Part shown: positions 1 through 10,118 of the stretch, one piece after another
Layout of the letters: each line of letters opens with the position of its first letter
Position numbering within the stretch: position 1 is the stretch's first letter
DNA from: Synechococcus sp.
Lineage (GTDB): Bacteria; Cyanobacteriota; Cyanobacteriia; Thermostichales; PCC-7336
Assembly: GCA_051439425.1 (NCBI GenBank)
Contig: JBFRWD010000064.1
Span: forward strand, 1-62,931
Direction of reading: 5' to 3'
Length of the DNA: 62,931 nt
Program-made: the position numbers and the translations under genes
The notes under the pieces: model-generated
Told to the model about the DNA's origin: nothing
What the model saw: the letters and a program-made list of their open reading frames with translations, nothing else
The model's database searches: none

Positions 1-9
1 ATAAGTTTG

Positions 10-126
10 TCTGGTGTCTATGGCACGGTGGAACCACTCCGACCCTTCCCGAACTCGGTTGTGAAACGCTGTTGCGGCGACAATACTCTGGGGGTCGCCC
101 CATGGGAATATAGCTCGATGCCAGAC
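10..126 (+). rRNA. rrf: 5S rRNA (probably the 3' end of an rrn operon running into the window)
   Basis: TCTGGTGTCTATGGC...CCGAACTCGGTTGTGAAACG...GATGCCAGAC; the two ends pair as 5S helix I. Confidence 0.97.
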
Positions 127-135
127 TCTCTATTT

Positions 136-168
136 AGCCCTCGACTTCACACAAGTCGGGGGCTTATT
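136..168 (+). terminator. Intrinsic terminator after 5S rRNA
   Basis: 12-bp stem AGCCCTCGACTT/AAGTCGGGGGCT followed by TATT. Confidence 0.75.
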
Positions 169-309
169 ACTTGGAGATTTTTGGGGGCATCTGCTAGTTC
201 AGGAAGAGTCTAGGTTATGGTTTCTGGACTGACAATGGTATTGCTGTGACCGCCATGCGGAAACCGAGTAGCTAGACTATGGGTATTGAATTTGCGGAGA
301 ACAACTCGA

Positions 310-390
310 ATGGGTTGGGTAACTGTTGCCACTATTGTGTTGATGTTAGCTGGAGCCGCAGTATTGTTAACCCGCTTGTCTGAGTATTAA
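310..390 (+). CDS. Candidate 26-aa single-TM small protein MGWVTVATIVLMLAGAAVLLTRLSEY
   Basis: GGAGA at 296-300, ATG at 310, hydrophobic helix, TAA at 388-390; below the ORF-track cutoff. Confidence 0.35.
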   Translation: MGWVTVATIVLMLAGAAVLLTRLSEY

Positions 391-519
391 AGCGATCTCG
401 AAGATTAAACGCCCGTAAAATCCAGATATTGATAAGTGTTGGAATGTTGTCTGCCAACTTCGGGTATCGGGTCGGTGACTGTAGTCAGCTAGCATCTTAA
501 AGGTACTCACCACTATTAC

Positions 520-1533
520 ATGACAATTATCTCGGTCAACTCGCTGTGTAAGTCCTATCCTGTAGCGGTTAAGGAACCAGGGTTGGCAGGTACAATCCGA
601 CACTTTTTCCGGCGTACCTATCGCCGGGTCGAGGCTGTGAAATCCGTGTCGTTTGAGTTGCAACCTGGAGAGGTTGTGGGTTTTTTAGGGCCAAATGGGG
701 CTGGAAAAACAACCACGCTCAAAATGTTGACAGGGTTGATTCACCCTACATCGGGACAGGTACGAGTGGTGGGTTGCGAACCGTTTTGTCGCCAGCGCCA
801 GTTTTTGGAAAAAATTACCCTAGTGATGGGGCAAAAGCAGCAGTTGATTTGGGACTTACCGGCGCTGGACTCGCTAAAAATTAATGCGGCCGTGTATGCC
901 ATCGACGATCTCGAAGCCGATCGCCGTATTGCAGAACTATCTGAAATGTTGGGCTTGCAGAAGAAGCTGAAGCAGCCGGTACGTAAGTTGTCTTTGGGGG
1001 AGCGCATGAAGGCAGAGTTGTTAGCGGCGCTTCTGCATCGGCCTAAGGTGTTGTTTTTGGACGAGCCTACGCTGGGGCTAGATGTCAATGCTCAGGTAGC
1101 GGTTCGGGATTTCCTGCGAGAGTACAACCAGCGTTACGATGCTACGGTTTTGCTGACCAGTCACTATATGGCTGACATTACGGCGTTATGCGAGCGCGTA
1201 CTATTGATTTTTGAAGGCTCTTTGATCTACGACGGTAGTCTAGATGGTTTGCTGGAACAGTTTGCCCCCTACCGCGAGGTGAAAGTGGAATTGGGCAAGG
1301 ATTACGATCGCTCAAAGTTAGAGGGATTTGGCGAATTGCAGTCTCTGGAGCGTCGCTCAGCGCGATTTGTATTGCAACGAGAACAACTGACTCAGACGGT
1401 AGCTCGGTTATTAGCTGAATTGTCAGTGGCGGACTTGACTGTGACCGATCCCCCAATTGAAGAGGTGATTGGGCGCGTGTTTTCCACAGGCAAGGCAACA
1501 ATGGCATTGCAATCTGCAGAGACACCTGCCTGA
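520..1533 (+). CDS. ABC-2 type exporter ATP-binding protein
   Basis: Walker A GPNGAGKTT, signature LSLGE, Walker B LFLDEP, H-loop TSH. Confidence 0.95.
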   Translation: MTIISVNSLCKSYPVAVKEPGLAGTIRHFFRRTYRRVEAVKSVSFELQPGEVVGFLGPNGAGKTTTLKMLTGLIHPTSGQVRVVGCEPFCRQRQFLEKITLVMGQKQQLIWDLPALDSLKINAAVYAIDDLEADRRIAELSEMLGLQKKLKQPVRKLSLGERMKAELLAALLHRPKVLFLDEPTLGLDVNAQVAVRDFLREYNQRYDATVLLTSHYMADITALCERVLLIFEGSLIYDGSLDGLLEQFAPYREVKVELGKDYDRSKLEGFGELQSLERRSARFVLQREQLTQTVARLLAELSVADLTVTDPPIEEVIGRVFSTGKATMALQSAETPA

Positions 1534-1596
1534 GTTTCAGCTTCGATCGAAGGGTTGGTTAGTTGAGTGGTGCTGACTTGCCAGAATTTCGGGAGA

Positions 1597-1700
1597 TATA
1601 GCAATCTGCTGTAGGGGTTGGAGTGTGGAGACAGCTAAAAGCCTTGATACACAAGGAAAGTGGTTCGGAAATTCTCCATAGCGGATTGCCGAATACTATA
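1597..1700 (+). repeat. ~105-bp dispersed hairpin repeat (MITE-like), copy 1
   Basis: TATAGCAATCTGCTGT...CTCCATAGCGGATTGCCGAATACTATA; aligns with 4 other copies. Confidence 0.85.
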
Positions 1701-1750
1701 CCGATCGCGATGAGTTTGACAGTTCAAGCAAAATAGCAGGAGTCAGGCAG

Positions 1751-2530
1751 GTGTTCAGGAAAGCTCGTGTTTTACTGACGGTGTATTACGCTTACATGTT
1801 GGAATATCGAGCCGAGTTAATTTTCTGGTTGTTATCCGGTACGCTGCCATTTATCGTCATGGGTATTTGGATGGAGGCAGCTCGGCAGGGAGCGTTTAGC
1901 CTATCTGCATTGGACTTTGCAAGATATTTTATCGCTGTGTTTCTCATCCGCCAGCTCAGTGTTGTGTGGGTGATTTGGGATTTTGAGCGGGAGGTATTGG
2001 AAGGTACTCTGTCCCCCCATTTGTTGCAACCCATTGACCCGGTGTGGCGTCATTTTGCAGGACATGCAGCCGAACGCTTGGCTCGGATTCCGTTTATTGC
2101 AATTGCTATATCGGGGTTTTTCGTCTTGTATTCTGAGGCATTTTGGATGCCATCGCTCTTTCAACTCACACTGTTTTCCGTGGCGGCAGCGGCGGCGTTT
2201 GCTATGCGGTTTTTGATTCAATACACGATGGCCATTTCGGCATTTTGGATTGAACGGGCCAGCGCTCTGTTCAACTTGTGGTTTCTGTTCTACATTTTCC
2301 TATCAGGCATGATTGCTCCTTTGGAGGTGTTTCCGTCTGTTGTTCGACAGATTGTTTTGTGGACTCCGCTGCCATACTTGGTTGATGTTCCAGCCAATAT
2401 TTTGTTGGGTAGGCCTGTGAACGGATTGCAGATGATTGTTGTCTATCTAGTGTGGGGCTCTGGTTTGGTGGTGGTGAATCGCTGGTTCTGGCGACGGGGG
2501 CTGAAGCAATATTCAGCGATGGGAGCATAG
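1751..2530 (+). CDS. ABC-2 family permease (DUF990-like)
   Basis: Multi-TM protein, 'YAYMLEYRAE' and 'G.LS..LL.P' motifs, follows the ATPase. Confidence 0.9.
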   Translation: MFRKARVLLTVYYAYMLEYRAELIFWLLSGTLPFIVMGIWMEAARQGAFSLSALDFARYFIAVFLIRQLSVVWVIWDFEREVLEGTLSPHLLQPIDPVWRHFAGHAAERLARIPFIAIAISGFFVLYSEAFWMPSLFQLTLFSVAAAAAFAMRFLIQYTMAISAFWIERASALFNLWFLFYIFLSGMIAPLEVFPSVVRQIVLWTPLPYLVDVPANILLGRPVNGLQMIVVYLVWGSGLVVVNRWFWRRGLKQYSAMGA

Positions 2531-2533
2531 GTC

Positions 2534-3328
2534 ATGCTGGCAGCAATTGCACGCTATGTGAGGGTGCTCGGTTTATTTTGGGGGGCGGGCCTGGCGGCGG
2601 AAATGGAGTACCGCGCCAACTTTATTGTGGCGAGTTTGAGCAGTTTTGGGAATCTGGCTGGCAGCATTTTCAGTTTGTATTTGTTCTATCGCACGGACTA
2701 TACATTTCAGGATTGGCGCTGGGAAGAAGCCTTAGTAGTTCTGGGAATTTTCACCATATTGCAGGGATTATCCAATACTTTTTTGGCTCCTAACCTGAAT
2801 AAAATTGTGCGTCATGTTCAGAATGGCACTCTTGATTTTATTTTGCTGAAGCCGATTAGCAGTCAATTTCAACTGTCGTTTCGGGCGCTGTCCCCTTGGG
2901 GGTTTCCAGATTTGTTGTTCGGTATTGGCATTGTCTTGTTTGCAGGCGATCGCCTAGGAGTGACTCCGTGGGCGTACGTCACCAGTTTGTTACCGCTAAC
3001 CTTCGGGATTATCAGTCTCTACAGCCTGTGGTTTATTTTGGGGGCTACCAGCGTGTGGTTTGTGAAAATCTACAATGTGACCGAAGTGTTGCGAGGGTTA
3101 TTAGAGGCCGGGCGATATCCTGTAGTGGCCTATCCAGCCATTTATCGGGTGTTTTTCACGTTTGTGATTCCTGTTGCGTTTCTGACAACTATTCCTGCGG
3201 AGGCGATTGTTGGGCGAACAGAGGTGAGCTGGACATTGGGGTCGGCATTGCTGGCTGCTGTATTGTTGGCGATCTCGAATCGATTCTGGCGATTTGCCCT
3301 GCGCTTTTATACGAGTGCATCTAGCTAA
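2534..3328 (+). CDS. ABC-2 family permease (DUF990-like), second subunit
   Basis: 'EMEYRANF', 'GTLDFILLKP', C-terminal 'YTSASS'; starts 3 bp after the previous gene. Confidence 0.9.
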   Translation: MLAAIARYVRVLGLFWGAGLAAEMEYRANFIVASLSSFGNLAGSIFSLYLFYRTDYTFQDWRWEEALVVLGIFTILQGLSNTFLAPNLNKIVRHVQNGTLDFILLKPISSQFQLSFRALSPWGFPDLLFGIGIVLFAGDRLGVTPWAYVTSLLPLTFGIISLYSLWFILGATSVWFVKIYNVTEVLRGLLEAGRYPVVAYPAIYRVFFTFVIPVAFLTTIPAEAIVGRTEVSWTLGSALLAAVLLAISNRFWRFALRFYTSASS

Positions 3329-3366
3329 CGTTGGTCTGATTGGAGTGTGTGAGGGGCTGAGCATCG

Positions 3367-3981
3367 ATGAATGTACTGCTTGTACACGGATTGGGACGAT
3401 CTCCCCTATCGATGCTGCCTTTAGTGGCTCCGCTACGAGCTGCAGGACATGCTGTAGAATTTTTCGGCTATGCAGCGTTTGCAGAATCGTACGATCGTAT
3501 TGCTGACCGACTGCACAAGCGGCTGGTGGACGTATCTTGTGTAGGAGATTACGCAGTTGTCGGACATTCCTTGGGAGGTTTGTTGACCAGATCGGCGTTG
3601 GCGAAAGGAGAATTGGTGTTACCCCAGCATGTCTTTATGTTGGGAACTCCCAATCAATCACCACGAATGGCGAGATTTGCTTGGCAATGGTTGTTGCCGT
3701 TTCGATGGTTTGCTAGGGATTGCGGACGAAAGTTGGCCAATGTCGAGTGGTATGCGACCCTTGATGACCCCAATTTTGCTTACACCGCGATCGCAGGGAC
3801 TATTGGCTTGACTGCAGATTGGAGCCCCTTTTCCGGGCAGGTCAACGATGGATTAGTGGGGGTGGATGAAGTAGCGATTTCGGCTACCGATTGTCCTCTG
3901 GAAGTATCTTCGATTCATACATTGTTGATGAGTCATGCGCAGGTGCAGCAGGCGATTATCGATACTTTGGCGATCGCATGA
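3367..3981 (+). CDS. Alpha/beta hydrolase (lipase/esterase-like)
   Basis: LVHGL, nucleophile elbow GHSLGG, GTPN, NDGLV, C-terminal His. Confidence 0.88.
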   Translation: MNVLLVHGLGRSPLSMLPLVAPLRAAGHAVEFFGYAAFAESYDRIADRLHKRLVDVSCVGDYAVVGHSLGGLLTRSALAKGELVLPQHVFMLGTPNQSPRMARFAWQWLLPFRWFARDCGRKLANVEWYATLDDPNFAYTAIAGTIGLTADWSPFSGQVNDGLVGVDEVAISATDCPLEVSSIHTLLMSHAQVQQAIIDTLAIA

Positions 3982-4066
3982 ACGTTCGTGTGTTTGATGA
4001 GTGGGTAGTGATAGATATGGCTGCGATTGCTAAGGGATCGCTGCTGCTGAATTGTCCTGAAGACGA

Positions 4067-4171
4067 TTTAGCGACCGGCAATCCACTATGGAAAGTTTCC
4101 TGAGCACCGTTCCTTGCAAGTCAAGGGTGTTAGCTGTTTCCACACTCCAGACCTTACAGTGAATGGCAATA
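4067..4171 (-). repeat. ~105-bp dispersed hairpin repeat, copy 2 (inverted)
   Basis: Reverse complement reads TATTGCCATTCACTGTAAGGTCTGGAGTGTGGAAACAGC...TTCCATAGTGGATTGCCGGTCGCTAAA. Confidence 0.85.
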
Positions 4172-4365
4172 TTCTCAGTCAGGGCGTTAAAAATATACAT
4201 TTCACCGAGCAAACACCATGAAACGGGAACGTTGCGCAATGAGGTGGATTACCTAAAATGTCGTTTAGATCTCTATCCCTGTACCCCTAAAAAGTGTTAT
4301 GACGGGGTGAATATTAAGTATCTGTGGAGTAGCTTCTCTGCAGAGTTTTGGGCAAAGGATAGCGC

Positions 4366-5058
4366 ATGGGACAGATCGTAGACATTTTTCAAGCTGGCGG
4401 CGTGGTCATGTACCCGCTTGTTTTGTTCTCAATTATTTCGATCGCGCTCATGCTAGAACGCTGGGCCTTTTGGTGGAAACTGAAGCAGCGCCAGCCCCGT
4501 CTCGTTCGGGAAGTCATGAACCTGTACCGCCGTAACCCAAGAGCAGCCCTCTTCAAGCTAGAACAAAATGCCGATTTACCCATCGCGAGAATTTTCTTGG
4601 CAGGTGTTGAAATTGACCGCGCCAACCCCGATGAGTTTCGACTCGCTTTAGAAGCTGCCGTTGCTGCAGAGATGCCGCTACTGAAGCGGTTTACCACCGT
4701 ATTCGACACCATCATTACTCTGTCTCCTTTTTTAGGGTTGCTGGGAACGGTGCTAGGTCTGATGGGGATTCTGTCTTCAATTGACCTAGGTGATATTGGT
4801 GGAACCAGCACCATCGGTGTAGGTGAGGGTATTGCCGAGGCGCTGACATCTACGGCGTCCGGCCTAGTGGTTGCTATTTTGACTCTGCTGATTTCCAATA
4901 TTTTCCGATCGTGCTACGTGCGCGAGATGGCGCAAATTCAGGACTTTGGTGGTCAACTAGAGCTCCAGCACCGCCGCCGTTACGAGCTGGGTTTCCCCGA
5001 AGATCCGTTGCCACAGCAGTCGGCCGCGTATCCGCAACAACCTCAGCCTCTGGCCTAG
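4366..5058 (+). CDS. exbB: MotA/TolQ/ExbB proton channel protein
   Basis: GGVVMYPL, SPFLGLLGTVLG, GIAEALTSTASGL. Confidence 0.93.
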   Translation: MGQIVDIFQAGGVVMYPLVLFSIISIALMLERWAFWWKLKQRQPRLVREVMNLYRRNPRAALFKLEQNADLPIARIFLAGVEIDRANPDEFRLALEAAVAAEMPLLKRFTTVFDTIITLSPFLGLLGTVLGLMGILSSIDLGDIGGTSTIGVGEGIAEALTSTASGLVVAILTLLISNIFRSCYVREMAQIQDFGGQLELQHRRRYELGFPEDPLPQQSAAYPQQPQPLA

Positions 5059-5155
5059 TGGTTTTCAAGGGCTCTCAGTATATGGAAGGCCTTTCTCGAT
5101 CGATGGTTCGATGCCGTCGTAGTATCAGCTAGATTTTCCGCAACCTCCGATATCC

Positions 5156-5593
5156 ATGCGTATCCCTCAAGAACCTGCACAGCGAGCCGATATCAATATC
5201 GTGCCGCTGATCGATATTATTTTTTGCATCCTGGTGTTCTTCATCGTGGCCAGTCTGGTACTAACCCGTGCAGAGGGGCTGGATGTTAATCGGCCTTCTG
5301 CTTCTGAAGCTGTTCCCCGTAACCAGCCGGCTGTGACCGTTAGCGTAACAGAGGACAACGAAATCGCTGTTAACCAGGACATCGTTACGTTGGAAGAACT
5401 GGTTGATTCGGTTGAAGCGGTCTTGGCGGAAAAAGCGGATGAGGAGGGCGAAGAGGCTGATGTGTCGAGTCGCCTTGTCTTGTTGAATGCCGATTTGGCA
5501 TTGACCCATGGAGATGTTGTAGCTGTGATGAACGAGCTCAGCAAGCTTCAGGATGTCACTTTGGCGATCGCGGCTAAGAGCGCGGAAGAGTAG
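5156..5593 (+). CDS. exbD: ExbD/TolR biopolymer transport protein
   Basis: INIVPLIDIIFCILVFF TM helix with conserved Asp, LNAD motif; follows exbB. Confidence 0.93.
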   Translation: MRIPQEPAQRADINIVPLIDIIFCILVFFIVASLVLTRAEGLDVNRPSASEAVPRNQPAVTVSVTEDNEIAVNQDIVTLEELVDSVEAVLAEKADEEGEEADVSSRLVLLNADLALTHGDVVAVMNELSKLQDVTLAIAAKSAEE

Positions 5594-5595
5594 CT

Positions 5596-6255
5596 TTAGC
5601 CTAGAGTGGTAATCAGCTCCCTCAGGGATTTGGCGGGTGCCTCTGCGGTTGCCACAATTTCTAGGATCCTGTTACGGGCTAGTGGCTCGGACAATGCGTC
5701 TACACAGACTTTGGCAACTTTAGCGCGAGGAATACTGCCTTCGAACAGGGTGTCTGCGGGGGCGAGCACGACGTGGTCGTCGTTATCGTCGTGTTTGAGG
5801 CCGCCGGGACGAACGATAGTGTATGCGAGTCCACTCTGCTGAATGTAAGCTTCGGCCTGGTGCTTCCAATACAGCACGAGCCAGAATAAGTTGAGTGGAT
5901 GTAAAAACTTGGAGACGCATAGGGATGACACGATCGTGAAATGTTCTACCCCCTGCGCCTTACAAGCATCTACCAAATTCTTGGTGCCAACGTAATCTAC
6001 TTGAAATGGCCCGGTGGGGTTGAAACTGGGGCGGGCTCCGGTGGCGCACATCAGTTGTTTTGCCTCGCCAATCGCTGCTTCTAGACTCGGGCGATCTCCA
6101 ACATCTGCAACTGCGATTTCGATTCCTGTGGGCAGTTGTGTTTCAGCAGAGGTGCGATCTCTGACAATGGCTCGGACAGGAATATTCCGATCGACCAATT
6201 CTCGAACAATGCGCTGGCCCGTTGCTCCCGTTGCCCCCACCACACAAACCGTCAT
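5596..6255 (-). CDS. Atypical SDR / NAD(P)H-binding protein (Tic62/Ycf39-like)
   Basis: GATGATG Rossmann motif, VDYVGTKNLVDA, YTIVRPGGL. Confidence 0.9.
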   Translation of the reverse strand: MTVCVVGATGATGQRIVRELVDRNIPVRAIVRDRTSAETQLPTGIEIAVADVGDRPSLEAAIGEAKQLMCATGARPSFNPTGPFQVDYVGTKNLVDACKAQGVEHFTIVSSLCVSKFLHPLNLFWLVLYWKHQAEAYIQQSGLAYTIVRPGGLKHDDNDDHVVLAPADTLFEGSIPRAKVAKVCVDALSEPLARNRILEIVATAEAPAKSLRELITTLG

Positions 6256-6378
6256 TGCTATCCTCAGAGCTGGTTACCGCTTTCAATGTACTGCGGGTTG
6301 AAAAAAACGAGGGATTGAGGGGTCAGCCTTGTCAGGAGGTAAACAAGGTTTGCAATCCAGCATGTATGGGGGCGGCGG

Positions 6379-8493
6379 TTACGCTTCAGGTTGGCTGACT
6401 CCAGGATTGGTGGGATCTCCAGCTGTTTTCTCTTGGGACCGATCTGTATCTGTACTGGCTTGGCTTTCATCGTCCTTACTAATTCGAACCTGATGGCCGT
6501 TGTTGGATTGGCTGGTGAGTAGTTGCTCCACGACGGCAGTTGTGCGGATATTGATATCCCGTTGGGGGAAGGGAAGCTCGATGTCCTCGGTACGAAACTC
6601 GGCGTCAATAGCAAAGTTGAGATCGCTGATTAGCTTAAATTGATCGGCTGGCCGCAACGTCCACACCATCAGATCGAAATTGAGAGCAGAGTCACCGAAT
6701 CCTTTGAAAAAGACTTGGGGAGCTGGAGATTTAAGTACTCTGGGTTGATCGGCGGCAACTTTGAGTAAGGCGTACTTAACGGTTTCAGTATCGGAACCGT
6801 AGGCCACCCCGACCGGAATGTGGAGACGACAGCGAGAGTCGCGATAGCTCCAACTGACAACGTTTTCTTCCATAAATCTGGAATTGGGCACGATCACATC
6901 GAGGCTATCGAGGGTGCGGACAATCGTAGCCCTGAGATTGATGTGTTCGATGGTGCCCTGCAATCCGTCCACATCGACAAAATCCCCTACCTGAATGGGA
7001 CGCTCGAACAGCATGACAATGCCGCTCATAAAATTCCGACTGAGATTCTGTAAGCCAATACCAATACCCAAACCAACCGCACCAGTGGCGATGGCCAAAG
7101 AACCCAAATCAATACCAATCAGCGGCAGGGCAATCAGCACGCCCAGTGCTGTCATCAGATACTTCAGCACAATCGATACGGACTCTCGCGAGCCCACATC
7201 TTCAATCAATCGGGATAGTAGCCGCTGCTTGATGCCATTGCTCAATCGTCTAGCAGCGGTGAAGATAAAGCTGGCCAGCACGAGAAAGGCGGCAATGCTG
7301 AGGGCAGACACGCTGCTGTTGGGCAGGAGCGGCCGATGGAATATCGCCCACACAGCTAACAGGGCTTGAGACAACCGCTGATAAAGCTGCTGTTGAAACA
7401 CCGCCAGAATGGGCAGCACGCTGAGGGAAAAGTGAATCGCTGATACCGCCACCAGCAACCGCAGAACCCACTTGCAAAAGCTAGCCCCCAGATCGATCAA
7501 GAACTCCCAATTTGGGCTGGATTTGTCCACCCATCGGCGCTGTGCATAGCGCACTGCGCGATCGCTCAGCTTGGTGAGAATGTAAGCCATGGCCACAATG
7601 GCTAACGCAGAAATCGTGCCTAGAGCGATCGATAGGGGTTGGCTGCCTTGCTGACGGGCTCGCTTTAAGTCCCATTCCTCTCGTACAGCCGGGCCTAAGA
7701 GCTGTGCCCACGCGCGCGTGACGCGACGAGCGTTGGCCACTGTGACATCTGCTGGCCCAATCTCAAGTGCTGCCGCAACATCTTGGCGAGTTACGGTGAG
7801 CAAATCGACATTAGTATCTACACCAGCAGAGCCGTTGCGTTCTGATAACCGAATAATATGCTGCCCGTTGGGGTCGAACTCGGCCGTGACGCGAGGTTCG
7901 CGAATTCGACCGGTGGCATCCGGTTTGAAGAACTCGCTGATACGAATGGTGACTAAATCTGCTCGATCTTGGCCGGAAAATGTTGCAAATGCTTGCAGAG
8001 CAAAGAGGGTCTTGCCCCCCACAGTCACGAAACCGCTGTCATCCCCATCAGCGGCACCGGTCTCTGTGATGCTGGTTTCGGAATTGGAGGCAGTGGAAGA
8101 GGGTGGGTCGTTCGTTGGATCGGATTCGCGATTTGACGAGTTCCTTCTGTCCGTATCTGCACGGGTAGGGGCTGTTTCGCTCGATTCCCCCTCTCCTGAT
8201 GCGTCGGTTTCTGGAGGGGAGATGGGGGGAACCCCAAGGGCGATAACCTCGAATTGTTTGAGAGGTGCGTCAGGATTGCTTCTGAAGAGGGCGATCTCGT
8301 TTTCTGTTAGAGCTGGTGGGAGAGATGGCGTGGGCGATCGCGAAAAGGCCGTTTCTCCTAGACCGAACATGAATATTAGATTGCAGGCAAGACACCAGAT
8401 CAGCACTGCCATCCATCGGTGTTTGGGGTGCCTGCGCCTGTGAGGTCTGCTATTGCCAGCGATTCTGACAGTTGAATCAAACGTTGGCGCCAT
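6379..8493 (-). CDS. Small-conductance mechanosensitive channel (MscS family) with a large N-terminal periplasmic domain
   Basis: GLGIGIGLQNLSRNFMSG, ERPIQVGD, IVPNS, VGVAYGSD, PFPQRD. Confidence 0.92.
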   Translation of the reverse strand: MAPTFDSTVRIAGNSRPHRRRHPKHRWMAVLIWCLACNLIFMFGLGETAFSRSPTPSLPPALTENEIALFRSNPDAPLKQFEVIALGVPPISPPETDASGEGESSETAPTRADTDRRNSSNRESDPTNDPPSSTASNSETSITETGAADGDDSGFVTVGGKTLFALQAFATFSGQDRADLVTIRISEFFKPDATGRIREPRVTAEFDPNGQHIIRLSERNGSAGVDTNVDLLTVTRQDVAAALEIGPADVTVANARRVTRAWAQLLGPAVREEWDLKRARQQGSQPLSIALGTISALAIVAMAYILTKLSDRAVRYAQRRWVDKSSPNWEFLIDLGASFCKWVLRLLVAVSAIHFSLSVLPILAVFQQQLYQRLSQALLAVWAIFHRPLLPNSSVSALSIAAFLVLASFIFTAARRLSNGIKQRLLSRLIEDVGSRESVSIVLKYLMTALGVLIALPLIGIDLGSLAIATGAVGLGIGIGLQNLSRNFMSGIVMLFERPIQVGDFVDVDGLQGTIEHINLRATIVRTLDSLDVIVPNSRFMEENVVSWSYRDSRCRLHIPVGVAYGSDTETVKYALLKVAADQPRVLKSPAPQVFFKGFGDSALNFDLMVWTLRPADQFKLISDLNFAIDAEFRTEDIELPFPQRDINIRTTAVVEQLLTSQSNNGHQVRISKDDESQASTDTDRSQEKTAGDPTNPGVSQPEA

Positions 8494-8618
8494 TTTGTGC
8501 CGTTAACCGGTGTGTGTAGATAGTTTCTATATCAACGTAAGCGTGATGGACAATGCCCCAGGATTGGCTGCTATCCACTGTGCTGCTGGCATGCCCCGAT
8601 CGCCAGCCTGAGAACCTT

Positions 8619-9023
8619 CTAGAGGGCACCGGATTGAGTTGGAGATTGCGAACTCACAAATCGCTGCAAACTACGTAATGCCACATTGAGGCCGATGTCT
8701 AGCGGTAGTAGCGATACCCCTTCCACGTGCAGTTGTACCCAACCATCGCCCCAGCGCCACTCATTCCACCCGTCTATTGCCCCCCACAATGCTAGTTCTA
8801 AGCGATCGACATCCAGCGATCGTACTTGGTGTCCGATGCGAACAGGTCCCAAGCAAGAGTAGAACTCAGTCCCTTCGCTCAGTCTATCTGGGCCACCTGC
8901 TTCAAGTTGCTGGGGCCATACCCACTGGCGCAGCAGGGCCGATTCCGTCAGATATTGCTGGAGTTGTGCGGCTGACGCATCCACTGCGACCCTGACCGTT
9001 GCGGTTTGCATTCGTCCAAACAT
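8619..9023 (-). CDS. Conserved cyanobacterial hypothetical protein (SRPBCC-like fold)
   Basis: 'LRQWVWPQ...GAIDGWNEWRWGDGWVQLHVEGVSLLPL' resembles a recurring cyanobacterial family; AGGA upstream. Confidence 0.7.
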   Translation of the reverse strand: MFGRMQTATVRVAVDASAAQLQQYLTESALLRQWVWPQQLEAGGPDRLSEGTEFYSCLGPVRIGHQVRSLDVDRLELALWGAIDGWNEWRWGDGWVQLHVEGVSLLPLDIGLNVALRSLQRFVSSQSPTQSGAL

Positions 9024-9188
9024 ACCTGTCCTTATCTCAGTGCTGCCAGCATAGTCTTTCTATCCAGTGTGCAATTCCATGGTGATTTGGAAATGGATGG
9101 TTACTCTTGCCTGCCTGATTGGGTGGCAATCCGTAATGTATGAATTCATACAGGCAATACGGGATCTTCTAAAAAAAAAATTGGAAGT

Positions 9189-9602
9189 AATGGAAAACTT
9201 TTCTAACGGGATAATCCACATCCTTTCCCCAGCTTTTCCCCAATCGTCCAAATGGTTTTCCCAAGCTTTTCCACACCTTTCCACAGGTTTTCCACAGGCA
9301 AGGCACGATTTTTTCAGCCTTAGAGCAAGTTCTGTGGAAAACTCGCGACGACTTTTCCACCAGAAGGTTAATATTAAGAAAGATTTTCTAGATGGGATTT
9401 ATTTCTCGATCTAATCATTGAAAATTCGATGGTTTTGACCTATTTGATATTGGTGCCCCCCGTTGACAGACCCTGTATGGTTGTGGAAAAAATAGGTTCC
9501 GCACCAAAATAGCAGCCAAAAAGTCGTTTGGATTTTACACAAAATTAATGAGCACAAATGCTGGCTGTGGAAAACTACGGTGCGTCAGATTGCTAGGGAA
9601 AA
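9189..9602. promoter_or_regulatory. DnaA-box cluster (oriC-like or DnaA titration site)
   Basis: Perfect cyanobacterial boxes TTTTCCACA at 9267 and 9288 and TGTGGAAAA at 9333, 9482 and 9566; degenerate boxes at 9212, 9223, 9234, 9244, 9256, 9277, 9353 and 9533; AT-rich tract at ~9368-9450. Confidence 0.85.
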
Positions 9603-9670
9603 ATACCCGTTCGAAAGTAAAGCTATCTCAGTAAATGGCCAACACTTCTAAGCCAGGGGAATGCAAACAC

Positions 9671-9868
9671 ATGAGTACAACCGTCAGCATCTTGACTGAG
9701 GTTCCTGAAGAGCTTGTAGAAACATTGCAGTCGTATCTATCCAGCCATCCCGACTGGGATCAAGATCGGGTGTTCACGGCTGCGCTATCGTTATTTTTGC
9801 TGCAGAGCGGTAATACCGATCGCCGCGCCGCTCGTGTCTACCTCAACAGTCTGTTCCAGCGCTCTTAG
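9671..9868 (+). CDS. DUF2811 family protein
   Basis: VSILTEVPEEL...YL..HPDWDQDRVFTAALSLFLLQ...AARVYL. Confidence 0.9.
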   Translation: MSTTVSILTEVPEELVETLQSYLSSHPDWDQDRVFTAALSLFLLQSGNTDRRAARVYLNSLFQRS

Positions 9869-10118
9869 CCGGTCTTGTGTAGCTTATATAAGCCTTACGT
9901 AAGTCTCAAAGCTTTGAATTCTTGATACATGTGGCAGGTGGCGTGTTACGCAGAATAGCCCGCCATTTTTCATGGAATGAGTTGCAGTGCTCTTGCCTTG
10001 GCGTCCCCATGTGCCTGATTGTGGAGAAAATTTGCCATCGTGATGGTGTAGCAGTAACCGTACCACTGCTGATATTTCAGCTATGGTCAACCCTGACTGT
10101 GCTTAAAACTTTTGTCCT

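Noticed and set aside
7..213. 68-aa ORF at the left end, and ORF 62642-62914 at the right end
   Set aside because: Both overlap 5S rRNA genes and are spurious
9212..9296. Tandem repeats as a possible CRISPR array
   Set aside because: The period is ~11 bp with no spacers, and I saw no CRISPR array or cas gene in the window
9060..9414. Three overlapping ORFs with FPQ/FPH/CGK repeats
   Set aside because: These are translations of the DnaA-box array, not proteins
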